Shown here one piece after another: positions 12,698 to 26,415 of a stretch of 64,000 nt of DNA. The DNA comes from Vicugna vicugna (Eukaryota). Position numbers and translations under genes: made by a program. Each line of letters starts with the position of its first letter. Position 1 is the stretch's first letter. A model generated the notes under the pieces. That model was not told the DNA's origin, did not search any database, and saw nothing but the letters and a program-made list of their open reading frames with translations. The stretch is taken from positions 5,521,050-5,585,049 of the forward strand of contig MU058781.1 in NCBI GenBank assembly GCA_013265495.1, written 5' to 3'.

Positions 12698-15289
12698 AGG
12701 AAGAAACCAACCAACCAACAAAAGCCAGTCTTTGCCTTATGGCTAAATACTGGATTAGACTGTTCCTCGTAGGCTTGCCTATGCAATGCTTTTGCAGGGT
12801 TTTCCTTTGCTCTCTAGAAAGTTCTAGAAAAGGGATCTAGAAACCTAAGGAGTTGAGCAAGGTGGTGGCAAAGGACCCACAATCAGCTCAGAATTCCAAA
12901 GGATTGGAGTCCCTGGAGTTCAGGGGCATGGGACAAAACTATGGAAGGCAATCATTTTTGAGCCCAGACTCTTCACAAGGGTAACTGGGCAAATGATTGC
13001 ACTCATGTTTTAAGATGGAATTGAAGTTTCCAGCAGAAAGCACCACAACACATTTATCATCCGCTCCAATCAGCCTGTCCTTGCAAGCAGCCTGAGGATG
13101 GAAATGACACTCCTATCTGCAAGTGGTAGTTTGGACCACGTGAGGCTGCCATTTCTGTAGGTTGGAAATGGTCCGTCATCGGCAGTTTCATGTGGTTCAG
13201 TCTAACACGTGCTATGTTGGTGAGGACAGAGGTGATGCCACTGTGCCGGAGCTCCCTATTCAAGGGCCTGTCATTTGATGCTTCTAGCTCACTCTTTTGG
13301 GCTTGTGCAAGATTCTGGTCCCTCTTGCTGCAGAAAGCTGGCCACAGGTATACACACCCGCCTGCTCACTTCTGTTCCTAGCAGGAAGCTCTGCAGCATT
13401 TGTAATACTAACCATCTTTTCTGGCATAGCTTTCCTCCAAAAGATTAGCTCAACCTTGTTGAGATTGTATCCGACTGGGAGTCCTCTGCCAACGTAGGGT
13501 GATGGAATTTTCAATGCTGAAAAGGACCTCACTGAGTGTGTACCAAACATATTAAAATGCACTTACTTTAAATATTTAATTCTTAACTCAAGAAATTGAC
13601 AAGATGTTCATCATTTTGCTTCAAAAAAATCATCTGTCTATGAATAACACATCATTTACAATTAACAGTGACTTCTCAGTACAGCCAACTCAGAATTACT
13701 GTAAAGTGAGAAAATCTAACCTGATAAACTCTTTTTTAAATTACGGATTTTAAAAATAGGGATTTAAAAATGAATGAACTGGACACAATAACAACATCTT
13801 ACAGACCCATGTCTTTCAGTCTGGCCATTTTCTTTTTTAAATTTGTTAGGGGGTGATGTCAATATTTTCCAGCCCCAAACAATTTTGTAGATCCTTCAAA
13901 AGCTCATGGGCCTGGAGGCTGCCCTTCTCTTGTGTAATGAGGTTCCTGAGTGAGGTGACTTGTCCGGGATGCTGCAGTCAGACGCCGTCAGAACTAGAAA
14001 TCGGGGGTTTGGGCCTCCAAGCAGTTGCCCCGGCCACTACTTCCGTGTGCGATATGCATGTTGTATCTGTACAAGATCAGCGTCAGCCTTGTCTTATTTG
14101 GATATTCTTATTCTCCTCTACGCCTTGAAAACCCTCCTGGCTTGTAAAGAAAATGATCTCAAGTCAAAAAAAAAAAAAAAGCCGAAGTTGACGTTTTCTC
14201 TTGTTGTGCTTTGTTTTCAAGGCTCAGGCTAGCAAGCACAGGCAACAAAGACTTGCTGGACCTCACTTCCTGTCTGGTTCCCCAGCTCCCTGGAGACTTG
14301 CATCTCAAATAAATGTTTCTGTCAGGAGGCTGAGCTCCCAGCTGTGTAAATTGGTCACAGATGTAATTGCATTTGCCCTCTGCCCTGGAGGAAAACATGC
14401 CTGTGGTTGGGGGTTTAGACATCTCAGAATAAAAGACATTGCTCCTGACTCCGGGTAATAGCCATGAGGCCCAAAACCGGCTGCCACAGAGACGGGCCGA
14501 AGTGCAGCCAGATGTACAGGACGGTTGCTAGCCAGACTCCAGGCCTGGGCCGCCAGTTACCCAATCAAGTCAAGAACCAAGCTTTTTCATTGGCTCCTTT
14601 TACTTCCAAACAGGACTCCCACCACCCTGCACCCCCTCCCTCCCTCCCTTCCACATGCCCACAGGACCTCTGCCAACAGCTCCAATCCCTGCTTCCTTGC
14701 TCAGCAGGCAACAGCAGCCCCAGTACATCAACACCGCTGGGTCGCAACTGCTAGAATCTAACGAAAATAAACAGAGAAATACGCTGCTGACCCCCACCCA
14801 GGACCTCGAGATCCCAACACAGGGTTGACTTAAGCAAACAGCATTTCAGTGGTGCCTGGCACAGAAATCGAAGCCTTCAGACCTCAGCAGGAGGCAATGA
14901 GGCTGAGTTAGACCAACTCTTTGGGCATTGGAAGCCCTGGACATAGGACATGGGAGGCTGTCCAGGATGGAGAGTCAGAGCCAGTCTGGACTTTGCTGGA
15001 ATGGAAAGGATGAGAAACATTGCCTGACAATCCCTGGAAATACTGAGAAAAGGGCTTTCTTACATCATGGCAATTTCTCCAGCTAGCTCTCTAAAGATCA
15101 GCGACCTGGCAACTGGGTAGCAAGTCTCCAGGAGACCATGATGAGTTGAGTGAACTTTTAAACAACGTTTTTGGAACTTTCCTATTTCTGGGGTTTCGTT
15201 CTCATTAAAGAACCAGCTGACAAATATGTGCTCCAAGCCCTGGGACAGAATTGGACTATCTTGTGCCCCCTGCTGTGCCAGGTCGTGGC

Positions 15290-15495
15290 CAGGAGTGCAG
15301 GCTCTGGGGTCAGGCTGTCTGGCTTTGAAGTCAGGCTTTGCCATCTATTAAATTTGTGCCTTTGTGATTCAGTCTCCTCGGTGCCTCAATTTCTTTGTTT
15401 GTAAAATGGGAATAATAAAAGGCCATACTGCATAGAGTTGCTAGGAGACTGCACAAAATAATCCATGTCCCGAGCTCTGGAGGGAACCTGGCAGG
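15290..15495 (+). mobile_element. MIR SINE
   Basis: GCTCTGGGGTCAGGCTGTCTGG...GTGCCTCAATTTCTTTGTTTGTAAAATGGGAATAATAA core. Confidence 0.75.
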
Positions 15496-15558
15496 AGGGA
15501 GAGAGAGGGACAGAGAGATAGAGAGACAGAGAAAGGAGGGGGAGGGAGAGGAAGAAGA
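15494..15558. repeat. GA-rich polypurine tract
   Basis: GGAGGGAGAGAGAGGGACAGAGAGATAGAGAGACAGAGAAAGGAGGGGGAGGGAGAGGAAGAAGA. Confidence 0.8.
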
Positions 15559-15599
15559 TCATCACGTGATTCTTAGCATACAATCCTGAGTTCAAGGAA

Positions 15600-16345
15600 C
15601 TGAGTTATTTGCTGTAACAAAAGTACATCAGTTCTCATCCAGCTATTTATACAAGCTAGTTTTTCAGTGTTTATACTTAGTTATAAAAGTAAGAATGGAA
15701 ATAGAATTAATGTTTAACTATATCTCAGTGCTCTAAAAGTAATTTTCATTCATAGGTATATGAACTAAATGGAGGAAACATGCATCTCCTTAATAGATGA
15801 ATCTCCCATGCAGTTTTTACTGTTACGCGTTGTTATCCTTTTCAAAGTATACAAAATAGATACGTTGCTTTGATCAATTGTGTAAGAATAATAAATTCAT
15901 AATAAACTCAATCCAGATTAATGTTTAACAGTTTAACGCTTAGTCACAGGAACTTTTAAAAGAACTAATTTCATTTTTCTACTGAAGAAAAATATAATAG
16001 GGTGATCAGTAGAAGACTCTGGAGTGTAAAATGTATTATTACAAGAGGATATAATTCTATGGAGAAGTGGAATTGAGTTGCAATTTCAAGGAGAAAAGGG
16101 AGCAATTTAAAATTTATTCTCATTAAAAAAAGAACTCGTCGGTTTTAAATGGTGATGATTAAATGAGTAATGTTCACAGTCTTATTATAAAATTTTAATA
16201 CTCACAGTACATCATACCAGGCAGTTAATCTTTTGCAACAACATAAAACTTATGATAAAGCCTTCTGGATGACAGTCATAAGAATGCAAGGAATTGGATA
16301 GTGTGTCAAAATTACTGTGGTATGTGTGAAAAATGTTTGAAGATG
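15600..16345 (+). mobile_element. Degenerate hAT/Charlie transposon 3' remnant (copy 1)
   Basis: Collinear homology with 27140-28375. End AAAAATGTTTGAAGATGAC resembles Charlie termini. Confidence 0.5.
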
Positions 16346-16511
16346 ACCTATTCTATATTCCGTGTGTGTGTGTGCGCGCGCACATGGTGATTCCACTGAG
16401 ACTTTCTACCTTTGGTAAGTCCATGGAAATACAGAGGAAGTCAAGTATTATTTTCAGATCTTTTTTTTTCCCTATGGCAAGGATCCCCAGTCTTTTCGTG
16501 GTGTTACGTGG

Positions 16512-16915
16512 TGTTACAGAGTTGTGTCCCCCCAAATGCATGTTGAAGCCCGAAGCCCCATTGTGATAGTATTTGGAGATGGGGCTTTTAGGGAGGCAGT
16601 TAGGTTTACATGAGGTCTTAAGGATGGGGTCCTAACCTGAAAAGACTGATAAGAAGAGGAAGAGATGTCACAGACAGCGCACTCTCTCTCTCCACCTCTT
16701 TCTCCCCCTTCACGCATGCACAGAGGAAAGGCCATGTGAAGACACGGAAAGAAGGCGGCCATCTGAAAGACAGGAAGAGAGACCTCACCGAAAACCAACC
16801 CTGGCAGCACCTTGTTCTGGGACATTCAGCCTTCAGAATTGTGAGAAAACAGTTATCTGTTGTTTAAGCCCGTCCGTCTATGGTGTTTGGTTTCAGTAGC
16901 CCTCGCAGACTAACA
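16512..16915 (+). mobile_element. MaLR solo LTR (MLT1 family)
   Basis: TG...CA ends, with TATTTGGAGATGGGGCTTTAGG, GGCCATGTGAAGACAC and CAGCCTTCAGAATTGTGAGAAA. Confidence 0.88.
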
Positions 16916-18699
16916 TACCTGGCGAAGATCTTTAAATGGGCACTTGGAAAGAAACAGTGATAATGCAAGCTGCTGACACTCACAGGCGAGGCTGGGTTAG
17001 TAATTAGGCTGCAAGATCACCTGGCAGTCGGTGATCAGACTGCTGGCAAACATACGGTGACTCCTGTATCACTGGATTTCCTTAAAAATGCAGCGAGAAG
17101 AGAGGACTCAGTACAGACAGGATGGCTCGGGGTATTTCCTCCAGGACATGAGGTGAGCAGTGAAAGATGGGAGGGTTCTAGGGATGGTGTTTAGGATGGA
17201 AAGATAGTAAGACCAGTGGCTCAGAGAAGACGCCATGACTGTGCCAACAGTGAGTAGACCTCAGGCAAACTTGACCAGCTGAGGAGTGAGATTCACCAGC
17301 AGTTACGTGGAGTGGCTTTGTGTAGGAACACACTTTGCTCCCCAATTGGATTTAACCTTTATCAGGCTAAGGACTCTTTGACTGACTCTCTTCTTCCAGC
17401 TGTGGGGACCTTCTGCCCTTCTGCATTTCCATCTTGGTATGGAGGTCATCACACCCTCCCAAGACTTGACTTCTCACCTCTACACATTCTCCTTTATTTC
17501 TCTATCCTTTAGGACATCTTATGGCTGCCCACTACCCCAAACTACCCCCTGCAAGCTCTTCATTCATCAGCTTCCTCAGTACCTTCAGGGACCTCACACA
17601 GCCTGTGAATATTCTAAAAGCCTTTGAATTGTACACTTTATGATGATGCATCTTATAGTATATGAATTATATCTCAACTTTTAAAATTTGACTTCTATAT
17701 TGAAAACAATCGTCCCTATAAAAAATGCAACTAAGAAACAGATTGAAGTACAAAATTATTATTATTCTGCCTAGATTAACTGTTGATGTTAGATAATCAG
17801 TATAAAGTTTTATGATATTTGTTTTAATATTAAAAAAAACCCAGTTGGTAAATAATTGAATGAAGAGAGTGGAAAACATGGGAGAAATGAATGGAATGGA
17901 GGGTGTTTCTGTAGGAATGAGTCTGGATGAAGAGAAGGAGGAGGGAGGGGATGGGAGGGCCAGGAGGGAGATCTGTCCGGGAGGAGAATAAATGCTGGCT
18001 GAATGAATAAAGTTTTCCATTTTTGTATTAGAGTAAACAGGAAATTAATAGCAATTGCTTGCATTAACATTTGAACAAGTTGTAACACTGCTGTGCATGC
18101 CAATGGAGCCAGTTTCAAAGACTAAACCATCTTGTGTGGAACATGAGCTTGAAAATGGAACGATGAAGAATTCTGAAAGCATGTGCTGATGTCGGTTTTT
18201 ACCAGCAGTGTTTGAATTTGCATTTTAATGTCATGAGAAATGTCGTTAGTGAGAAAAGCCTGTGCTTCTGGGTAAAGGATATTTTGCCCTCTACCAGAGG
18301 TTCTCAACTCTTTTACTCCCTACTTCATTTGGCAGTTCCTGGACCTTCCACGTTCTGAAGTGGGGTTCCTACCAAAGCAATCACCACCTCGTAAAAGGTA
18401 CAACAGCTGGTCTTTTTATTGAAGCGAACAGCAATACCAGCTCGAGAACATCCCTTTGTTTCTCCTAGATGGGCAGGAAGCATGTGGGGGTGAGTAGGAA
18501 AGTCATGAAGTTGCAACTAGAAAACATGTTGATGGCATAGTGGTTACAATCCCCCAGTAATCCTGCAGTGACCATAAAAAGGCAAACAAGAATTAAATGT
18601 CATGGGATAACGTAATTTTTTGAGCTTAAAAGATCTTGAGAGGACACTACAGACCAACTTGCTCATTTAAAATATGGGAAAATTGAATTCCTCCTCTGG

Positions 18700-19415
18700 G
18701 AAGATGGAGAAGTACTTTTCACTCTCTCTTCTGCTGAATACAACTGAAACCCCTGCACATTAGATATAAGACAAACATATGAAAACTCTGAACAGTGGAG
18801 AAAGGAAGGCAGACTGGCAAAGGACCTCAGGACCAAAGGACCAATTCTACACAATCTCTTCCAGAAAACAGAAGAGGAAAGATCATTTCCCAATTCTTTT
18901 TATGAAAAAAATTATTACCCTTATTACAAAAGCACAGACAGTACAAAAAGCTACAGATAACACTGTACCTAATGTGGGAAGACTGATTTCTCCCTAAGAT
19001 TGGGAATGAGGGAAGCTCTCTGCTCTTACTAATTTTATTCAACATAATGCTCAACTGAAAATGCGAACTTAAAAGTACAATACTGCTTATAACCACCCAA
19101 AACCCCAAAATACTTAGATGTGACTTTAACAGCACATGTATAGGATTTGTATGCTGAAAACTACAAAAGGTTGGTTAAAAAAAGATCAAGAAATATGTAA
19201 CTAATGGAGAGACACACCATATTCATGGATTTGAAGACTCAATAGAGTAGCAATGTCACTTGTCCCCAAATATATATACAGAGTTAACACAATTCCTATC
19301 AAAATACAAGCAAGAATTTGTATAGATATAGGCAAGATTATTCTAAAATTTATATGAAAAGTCAAAGGAATTAGAATAGCTAAAAAAACTTTTGGAGAAG
19401 AATGAAGTGAGGGAC
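18700..19415 (+). mobile_element. Old, internally deleted LINE-1 fragments
   Basis: TATTCAACATAATGCT, GATTTGTATGCTGAAAACTACAAAA, ATTCATGGATTTGAAGACTCAATA and ATTCTAAAATTTATATG are collinear ORF2 pieces. Confidence 0.72.
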
Positions 19416-19567
19416 ACCAGCAATATTTAAGCATCACAGAGTATCACTGTATAGGCAGAGCATTTCACTAGAGCTACTATGAAATATCAGTAACGTGTAG
19501 ACACAACGGACACACGGAACTGCGAGTTGGAGATTCTGAAAAACTAGACTCGAAAGCAAGTGTCAAA

Positions 19568-19583
19568 GTGCCCTCTAGTGGTG
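19568..19583 (-). promoter_or_regulatory. Strong CTCF motif
   Basis: Minus strand reads CACCACTAGAGGGCAC, matching the CTCF core CCASYAGRKGGCR. Confidence 0.65.
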
Positions 19584-19957
19584 CATACAAGCACACGCAC
19601 CCTCAGTGTCCTTTCTCCAGAGCGAAGGGAACACAAGTTGCAAAGATATAGGACTGTCGGAAGCGTGGCTTTTTGAATCCTGTTTTCAGTTTCTTTCAGA
19701 AACTCTGAGGTTCAGACAGGATGTGACACGTGAAGATTTAAGTCAATTAAAAGAGGCTTCTGGAAGCCAAGCCCAGGGAGAAATCATGAATAAGAAGAGG
19801 CTGTAGAAAATGAAACAGCTTCCACTGTACGCTGAGCATAAGCATCCTTGGCGAAATTTCTTGCCAGTCCACTCAGAAAAATTGAGTTCCGGTAGCAGTT
19901 TCTCAGCCAGGAGTGACACGCTTTGATTGGCTAATGATTTATTGCTTTATCACACAT

Positions 19958-19975
19958 TGACCTAGAGGGGGCACC
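19958..19975 (+). promoter_or_regulatory. Weaker CTCF-like motif
   Basis: TGACCTAGAGGGGGCACC fits CCnnnAGGGGGCA, with mismatches in the 5' half. Confidence 0.35.
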
Positions 19976-22189
19976 TCCGCTAAGCCCCTTCTTCAGTTTG
20001 ATGACAAATAATCGACTATCTAGAATGACCAAGAAATATTCCTTTCTGAATTCTTTGTTTCTCAACATGGGGTTTAATTTGGAGTATTCAAGTTCTTCCA
20101 GTATAGGTAACAAGACTGTACCATGCTCATTAATATTTTTAAAGCCAGTAAAAATTATCTATGGTTGATTAGAAACTTTTAATGTAGTAATTGAGTTCTT
20201 ACATGAGGGGAAACACACTCTTCCGAAAACAACACTGGCCTGAAAGCATGGGGACGTGGACATTGGCATTGCCTCTGCCACTGACTAGGTGACTTCGAGC
20301 AAACCCTTTAACATCTCTGGGCCTCAGGTTCCCCACTAATAAGTGACAGAACTGCACTAACGGCTGATTTGCTTTTCAGCTCTAAACTAATCAAATTTAT
20401 AAAATTACGAAGTACTATGTTTTTTGTGTGTAGTTCCTTCACCGGCCCCAGGGTCCCCTCTCCTGTCCCACTCCTAAGCAAAAACCAAGCTTCAAAGAAC
20501 CAGCTGAACTCAGGGAGACAAAGACTAGGATGGTAGCCTGGAGAGCCTGCTTTCCTCTTCCTGAACCTAGAAAATAATAGGGGCTGGAAAAGGGGAAAAA
20601 AGAGAGAAAATGGTGAATTACTCAAATGAGGACAAAAGGTCAGGGTGGGTGGAGCTATGGGATAGCAAAGAGGAGCAGGAACTTTCTAGCTTGGGAATCA
20701 GGACCTAGAAAGGAAGGGACTCAGAAGGGTAATCCTCCTTGTGTGTGGCGGCCCACAGGGAGCCCCGCTGTCCTGAACAGAGGTGGGGCATGGGTGCCTC
20801 ATGTGGGGTCAGGCACATCTCCATGACAGGGCCCAGCGCTTCTGGATGCAGGTGTGCTCCATCACACCAATGATGGAGAGGGGGATGTGTGCACATCCAT
20901 TTTTATCAACAGGTCATATTTTAGAGGAATTTTTCTATTTCCTTTGTAAAATGGGAAGTAGCTTTGGCTATAGAGTTAATTTCCTCTCTTAATTAAATTA
21001 ATTATCCCCCAAGAATCTAAGGCTTCCGTAATCTCTGATAATCAGCATTCAGATATGAAAAATAATTATGCCAGGACTTCTCAAAGCCCAAGCTATTATA
21101 TATTGTGGCTTAAATTAGGGTTAATTGCACCAGAATTTTACTATATGAAGTATTACTCAAGATGGGCAGCTCAGCTCCTGAAATGTGGGATTCTTTCTGT
21201 TATATGGCCGGCTTGTGTGTAGTCAGGGTTTTTGTATTAAGTTTCTGTACGAAGCTGTCAGTCAGAGATGGGGCAGATGCCACAAATTAATTTTAACGTG
21301 AATATAAATGTACTAAGAGAACACATTCAATCAAATATACTAGATGCCACACACACAAAAACAGGTAGTCTTGAATTTGATTAGAGATAGAGAAAACTGC
21401 ACAAACCGAAAAAAAGGAGGCATTTGTTTCATTACTAAAGAGAAAGTTAGTAGATATGTGTATTTGTAAATGTTTGAGTTTTTCTAGGAAGAGTTTTTAG
21501 GATGTTGTTTTTTGTTTTTAAAAAGGGGTGTTGTTGTTTTTGTTTTTAAAAAGGGGTTGAAAGAAGGCAGAGAGATCAATAAAACCCTCCTGGCTGTAAA
21601 AAAAGGAGCTGTTTCCAGGGCAACAAGGGAGGATGAAATGTTATGGATTTGAAGGAGACAGCATTTGACTAATACAAAGAAAGAGGTGAGAGGAAACAGA
21701 GACCAGGACCTGGGCCAAACTGAGAATAAGAAACGTGGGACTCAAGTCTTGGCAGCTTCTCTATTTAATGCTGCAAACTGCCCTCCCCCAGGTCCCAGCA
21801 CCCAACCCCACCCCCACCCCCCAACACAGCTTCCAGAATCTCTTCTCCCTCCAATGAAATTTCACCTCAGAAAAAGACCAGAGACACACCAAACCTCTCT
21901 ACTTCTCACAGAGTCTGTGGAATTTCGACATGAGGGAACGTCTCATGCTAGAGTTTCTCCAAGGATGGCCATCACTTCTCGGGAGCGCAGGTGGCCGGAG
22001 CCCAAGGCTGGGGAAGAGTGAAATGTATGTAAAAGTCTGTGTTTATAAACAGGTTCACATTCCTTGTTAGTTCATCTGAGTTCATTTTTATATAAAAGAA
22101 TACTAACAGTAACCTATTCTTACAGCTACCATGTATTAAAGTATATGTTCCAGGCACAGTGAAAAAGACTCTATACACATATATATGTA

Positions 22190-22410
22190 CTTTTTCCAAT
22201 TCCTTTCCATTATAGTTTATTACAAGATATTGAATGTAGTTCCCTGTGCTATATAGTAGGACCTTATTGTTTATCTGTTTTATATATGGTAGTGTGCATC
22301 TGCTAATCCCATACTCCCAATTTATCCGTCCCCCTTTCCCTTTTGGTAACCCTAAGTTTGTTTTCCATGCCTGTGAGTCTGTTTCTCTTTTGCAAATAAG
22401 TTCATTTGTA
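22190..22410 (-). mobile_element. LINE-1 3' UTR fragment, antisense
   Basis: TTATTACAAGATATTGAATGTAGTTCCCTGTGCTATATAGTAGG is the reverse-complement homolog of the 45.9 kb L1 3' UTR. Confidence 0.8.
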
Positions 22411-24973
22411 AGAATGCATTTTTATTGAACCTTGTGACTGCTGTTATTGGCTCATTTATTATATCAATGAAGGATACAGAAAGTAGAAAGTTAAAAATTA
22501 AAAAGCGTTATCTGACCGAAAGAGAGCTTCAGTTGACCAGCTGTGTAAGTTATAACCTCCAGTCAGTGAAGTTCACATAAAATAAAAAATATAATTACAT
22601 ATAATGTTCGCTGTCATCTCTTTTTTACGTATGAAAGAATGGAAGTTTCCATGAGAACTGGAGGTCTTTAAACTTAGTAGAAACCCATCAAATTTAAAGG
22701 TCTTCAGGGTTATATGAAAAAACACTGATATGTCTTCAGTTTTTCAGTGAGATGGGAGCTGGGGCCTCCTCCGTACTCCTCCTGGAGAAGACAGAAGAAC
22801 TAGGTCATGTGCAAATTTTAAATCCAGGGACAGGGGTAAGTGACCATCCTCTCTTGTTGTTATGGAATCATAAAGGAATAGCAAGAACCAGCGTGTTCCA
22901 TCACGGTCACAAGTGAGAATCTAGGCAGCCTTCAGCTGTGAGTCTCCCTCAGTAGAGAACGTCTGTTAACTGTAGAGTAACCATCTTCCTTAAATGGGTA
23001 AGTGTTTTTCAACCTGGTGAGATTCAGAATTACATGTAGAAATGCTTAAGAGAATCAGAACACTAGCAGCAATACACTTATGTTAAGAAGGGGTCTGCAT
23101 ATTTGGTATTTATCTTTTCACTACAATTTGAAACGTGTGTTTGTGCAGTCAATTTAAATGTGTGTTTGTGTAGTCGATTTAAGTCAATTTACGGTTTTAA
23201 GGTGAAATCTTCCATGTCATTCTCAGTATTGAAACATGGAAGAGAACTTTCGGTTTACTTTAATTTATTGGATTTGTAACAATTACTTGGTGCTTAGGAA
23301 GGTTTTGTTTGGTAAATCAGGTCATCGACGTCTTAGAAGGGAAAAGCTTGGGTTCACATAGCTGCTAAAGGCCCTTGCCCCACAAAACATCCTCCCACCA
23401 CCTTGGCGCCTTTGCGGTTCCTGATCCAGCCCATGCCGCCAGTTGTAAGAGGGGCCAGTGATAGAAAAGGCTGCCTGCACTTCAGCAGGCTTCTCCCTCC
23501 ACCTGTTCACAAATGTGAGCTACACCTAGCTGGGTTTTCCACGACCCCATGTCCTCTTTCCTCCCCAGGACAATGCATTACACTCAGCGGCAAGGTTGGG
23601 CGCAGGGGGGACAAGGGATCAGATCAAGAATGCTTCTTTGTGCCTGGCTTTTCCAATCTAACACCTCATCATGTGCTTTGCCCTGTTTGTGCCTGATGTC
23701 ATTCAGGGAACCCCGTCCCACCCCGCATAGCACCCAACTGTGACGTTATCATACCTGCCCCCACCCCCTCCCACCCCCACCTGGCAATTGACTCTTCTAA
23801 CCTTCCTTGGTCACTGCCCTATTCCCATGTCTCACTTGTGATACTTCTAGTCTCTGGATAGCCCGAGGCTTTCCCCTGCAAGAAGGCAATGCTATTACTG
23901 TAGCAAAAATTGCTCTAGAAATAGTCTCACCAGGGAATTTCCTTGCTAGGAAATTTCTCTTCACGCAGACTCAGCCCAAGGTTCTCACTCTAAAAGACAC
24001 ATTTTCCAACATGTATGCAAATGTCAGCCGTGTAACTCATACCGCCCTGTGAGCTCTGGCAAGGTAGAAAGGGCAAAAACTAAGACCTCAAAGCAACGTT
24101 TAAGTAAACTTGTTTTAAATGGCCTGAGGCCCTTCCAGGAATCATGATGAACAGCGACCCGCAATTCAACTGACCAAACACCCCTTTCAAACAGCCTTTT
24201 TGAAATTTTCTACCTTACATCTCAAAGTTCCACTTCGCCCCCATCCATTGAGTGACGCCATGAGTCTTCCGCTCTGATCCTCCTCCCCTGCTGACCACAG
24301 GCCAATCTTGGAAGAGCTCATAGGTCCTCATGGGTACTCAGATGTCGGAGAAATCGTGCAATTCAGATGATTAAGGAACTGAGGCATAGGAGTCCCCAGC
24401 TCCTGGCTGTGAGCCCTCTTCCTCTTTTCTGATACAGAATTTTTAGAAATGGCAAAGTTTCAAAATTCCAAGGCTGAGGTCTTTTTTTCTTGATCGGCCT
24501 CTGTAAGAAAATTCTTTTTTTCAATTTGACAAACTTAGAATAATAAGAGTCAACTAAATTTAAAAGCTTAAGAAAAGATGAGATTTTATAATCTGCAATT
24601 TTAATACATTAAATATTAACTTTCAAAACCAAAGTAAATCTCTGAATAGTCTCTCTGTGCACAAAACACTCTCAAAGGTGCCAGAAAATTTACATTTATA
24701 TAAAATATGTATGACTCCCTCCGGGCCACTATCCATAAAGTGATAGTTTGGTAAATTGTTTTACAGCTATTGCCAGACATGAGTAAAAATTGGTGATTAT
24801 GTAGGATTTGTAAAAGTGGGGATGTTCTTTTGTATATGTAAAGCAGAAACTATTCTCAAAGAGACAGTGAGGGGTGCTAATTAAAAACTCGGACTTTTGA
24901 GTTTGTGACCTCTATCCACACCTTAACTTGCCATCTGCTCGTTACTGCCATTGGGTAAATCACTGAAGCTCTC

Positions 24974-25372
24974 CGTGTTAGTTCTCTGGGTTGCCGTAAC
25001 GAAGTACCACAAACTGGGTGGCTCGAAAGAACAAAAGTGTATTGTCTCACAGTTCTGGGGAAGAGGAATCCTGCCTCGTCTCCTCCTAGCTTCTGGTGCC
25101 CTGCCGGTGATCTTGGCATTCCTTGGCTCACAGATACATCACTATAATCCCCCCTCTTCACATGGCATTTTCCCTAAGTCCCTGTCTTCACATGGCCATA
25201 TTATAGGGACCCCAGCCCTACTGGATTAAGGACCCACCCTTCTCCAGTATGACCTTATCTTAACTAGTTACATCTGCAATGACCCTTTCCCCCAACAAGG
25301 TCACATTCTGAGATACTGAAGGTTAGGACTGCAACATGTGATTTCTTGGGGGACATAAATCAACCTATAGCA
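24974..25372 (-). mobile_element. MaLR solo LTR (MLT1 family) with intact 5-bp target site duplication
   Basis: TACCACAAACTGGGTGGCT...TCTCACAGTTCTGG...AAGGTCACATTCTGAG. Flanked by CTCTC at 24969-24973 and 25373-25377. Confidence 0.88.
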
Positions 25373-26050
25373 CTCTCCAAGAGAGGTTACTGCCTGGTTC
25401 AAAGGTCTGCACAAGGGAAAATTAGATTCCAGGTACAATACACAAGGCGTATCAGCTAACAGAGCATACACACGATAAACAGTAATTCGTGTAGAAATGG
25501 ACCAACATGAAATTTCTGCAGCTAGGTAAGATACAAATGACAAAACGTAAAAATTAAAAATAATTGTATTTTCTATGGGAGAATTGTGGAAGATTTTTTT
25601 TCTCTTAAAAATGTATTAAGTATTACTCATGTTGGCTGAACTTTTATTACAATGACTATGAACATGAGGTACTGGTTAATATCAACAGCATGTCAACATA
25701 GAATCCATCAAAAAAGTAGAAGATGGGCACTCAAAGAAGTGACAGCAACACCCCAAAAGCAGCAGTGTGTGGTGCAAAACTCACTGCTTTGGTGCTGAGG
25801 GATTTAAAATAAAACATACAAGTTTTGATTCTTAAGAGGCTAAGTATCTGGTCTGTGAATTATGGACGTCCTTCTCGAACACTTAAGACTTTCAGACTCT
25901 GCTTATTGTAAGCAGCTCTGCCGTCCTTGTTAAGGCATTCCTCACCAGGTGCCCGGTGATGGAGTGGAGAGGAGTGAAATTACTGAATTTTGAAATAGAT
26001 GTGAGTTTCTGGAGGATTTCCTGTTTCAGTTATGAAAAATGGTTAAGGAA

Positions 26051-26415
26051 TGCAATGGACTGAATGTTTATGTTCCCCCCTCTCCCAAATTCATGTGTGG
26101 AAGCCCTAACCTCCAATATAATGGTATTTGGAGGTGAGGCCTGTGGGAGGTGATTAGATTTAGATGAGGTGGGACCCTGGTGATGGTATTAGCACCCTTA
26201 CAAGAAGAGGAAGAGACCAGAGCTTGCTGACTTTCTGCCATGGGAGGATACAGTGAGAAGCTGGCTGTCTGCAAGCCAGGAAGAGAGCATTTACCAGGAC
26301 CCGAATCTCCTAGCACCTTGGTCTTCGATTTCCCAGCCAGCAGAACTGTGAGAAATGAATATCTGTTCAAGCCACCCAACTGATTTTGTTGCGACAGTCT
26401 GAACTGACTAAGACA
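26051..26415 (+). mobile_element. MaLR solo LTR (MLT1A-like)
   Basis: TGCAATGGACTGAATGTTTATGTTCCCC...GGTATTTGGAGGTGAGGCC...CAGAACTGTGAGAAATGAAT...ACTAAGACA. Confidence 0.88.
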
